Program-made: the position numbers and the translations under genes | Part shown: positions 63,970 to 64,000 of the stretch, piece after piece | Layout: each line of letters starts with the position of its first letter | Numbering within the stretch: the first letter of the stretch is position 1 | DNA from: Octopus bimaculoides | Lineage: Eukaryota | DNA: 64,000 nucleotides | Assembly (NCBI RefSeq): GCF_001194135.2 | Contig: NC_068984.1 | Coordinates: 8,328,359 to 8,392,358, forward strand | Direction of reading: 5' to 3' | The notes under the pieces: model-generated | Seen by the model: only the letters and a program-made list of their open reading frames with translations | Database searches by the model: none | Told to the model about the DNA's origin: nothing

Positions 63970-64000
<31 letters not shown>

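Overview
Eukaryotic, AT-rich, repeat-dominated DNA from a gappy draft assembly (18 N-runs, roughly 6.5 kb). The SINE families resemble those I recall from octopod cephalopods (Octopus); that taxonomic call is an inference, not a search result. No host gene can be called confidently. Most ORFs in the six-frame track are artefacts of microsatellites or N-runs; the best unexplained coding candidate is a GC-richer segment at about 63.0-63.6 kb. The recognisable content is mobile DNA: at least five tRNA-derived SINE families, decayed Tc1 and mariner transposases, a fold-back mariner derivative in three copies, several MITE-like palindromes, a non-autonomous Helitron carrying telomere-like repeats, and RTE and RLE-type (R4/Dong-like) LINE remnants. 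The least expected signal is five minimal hammerhead-ribozyme motifs of the Penelope-like-element (PLE) type, from four unrelated sequence families. Two share a non-canonical U6 core and two have a U3-A8 swap. One lies in the tail of a tRNA-headed SINE that is bracketed by a 48-bp inverted repeat. Coordinates were read by eye; repeat boundaries are approximate, motif coordinates were counted.
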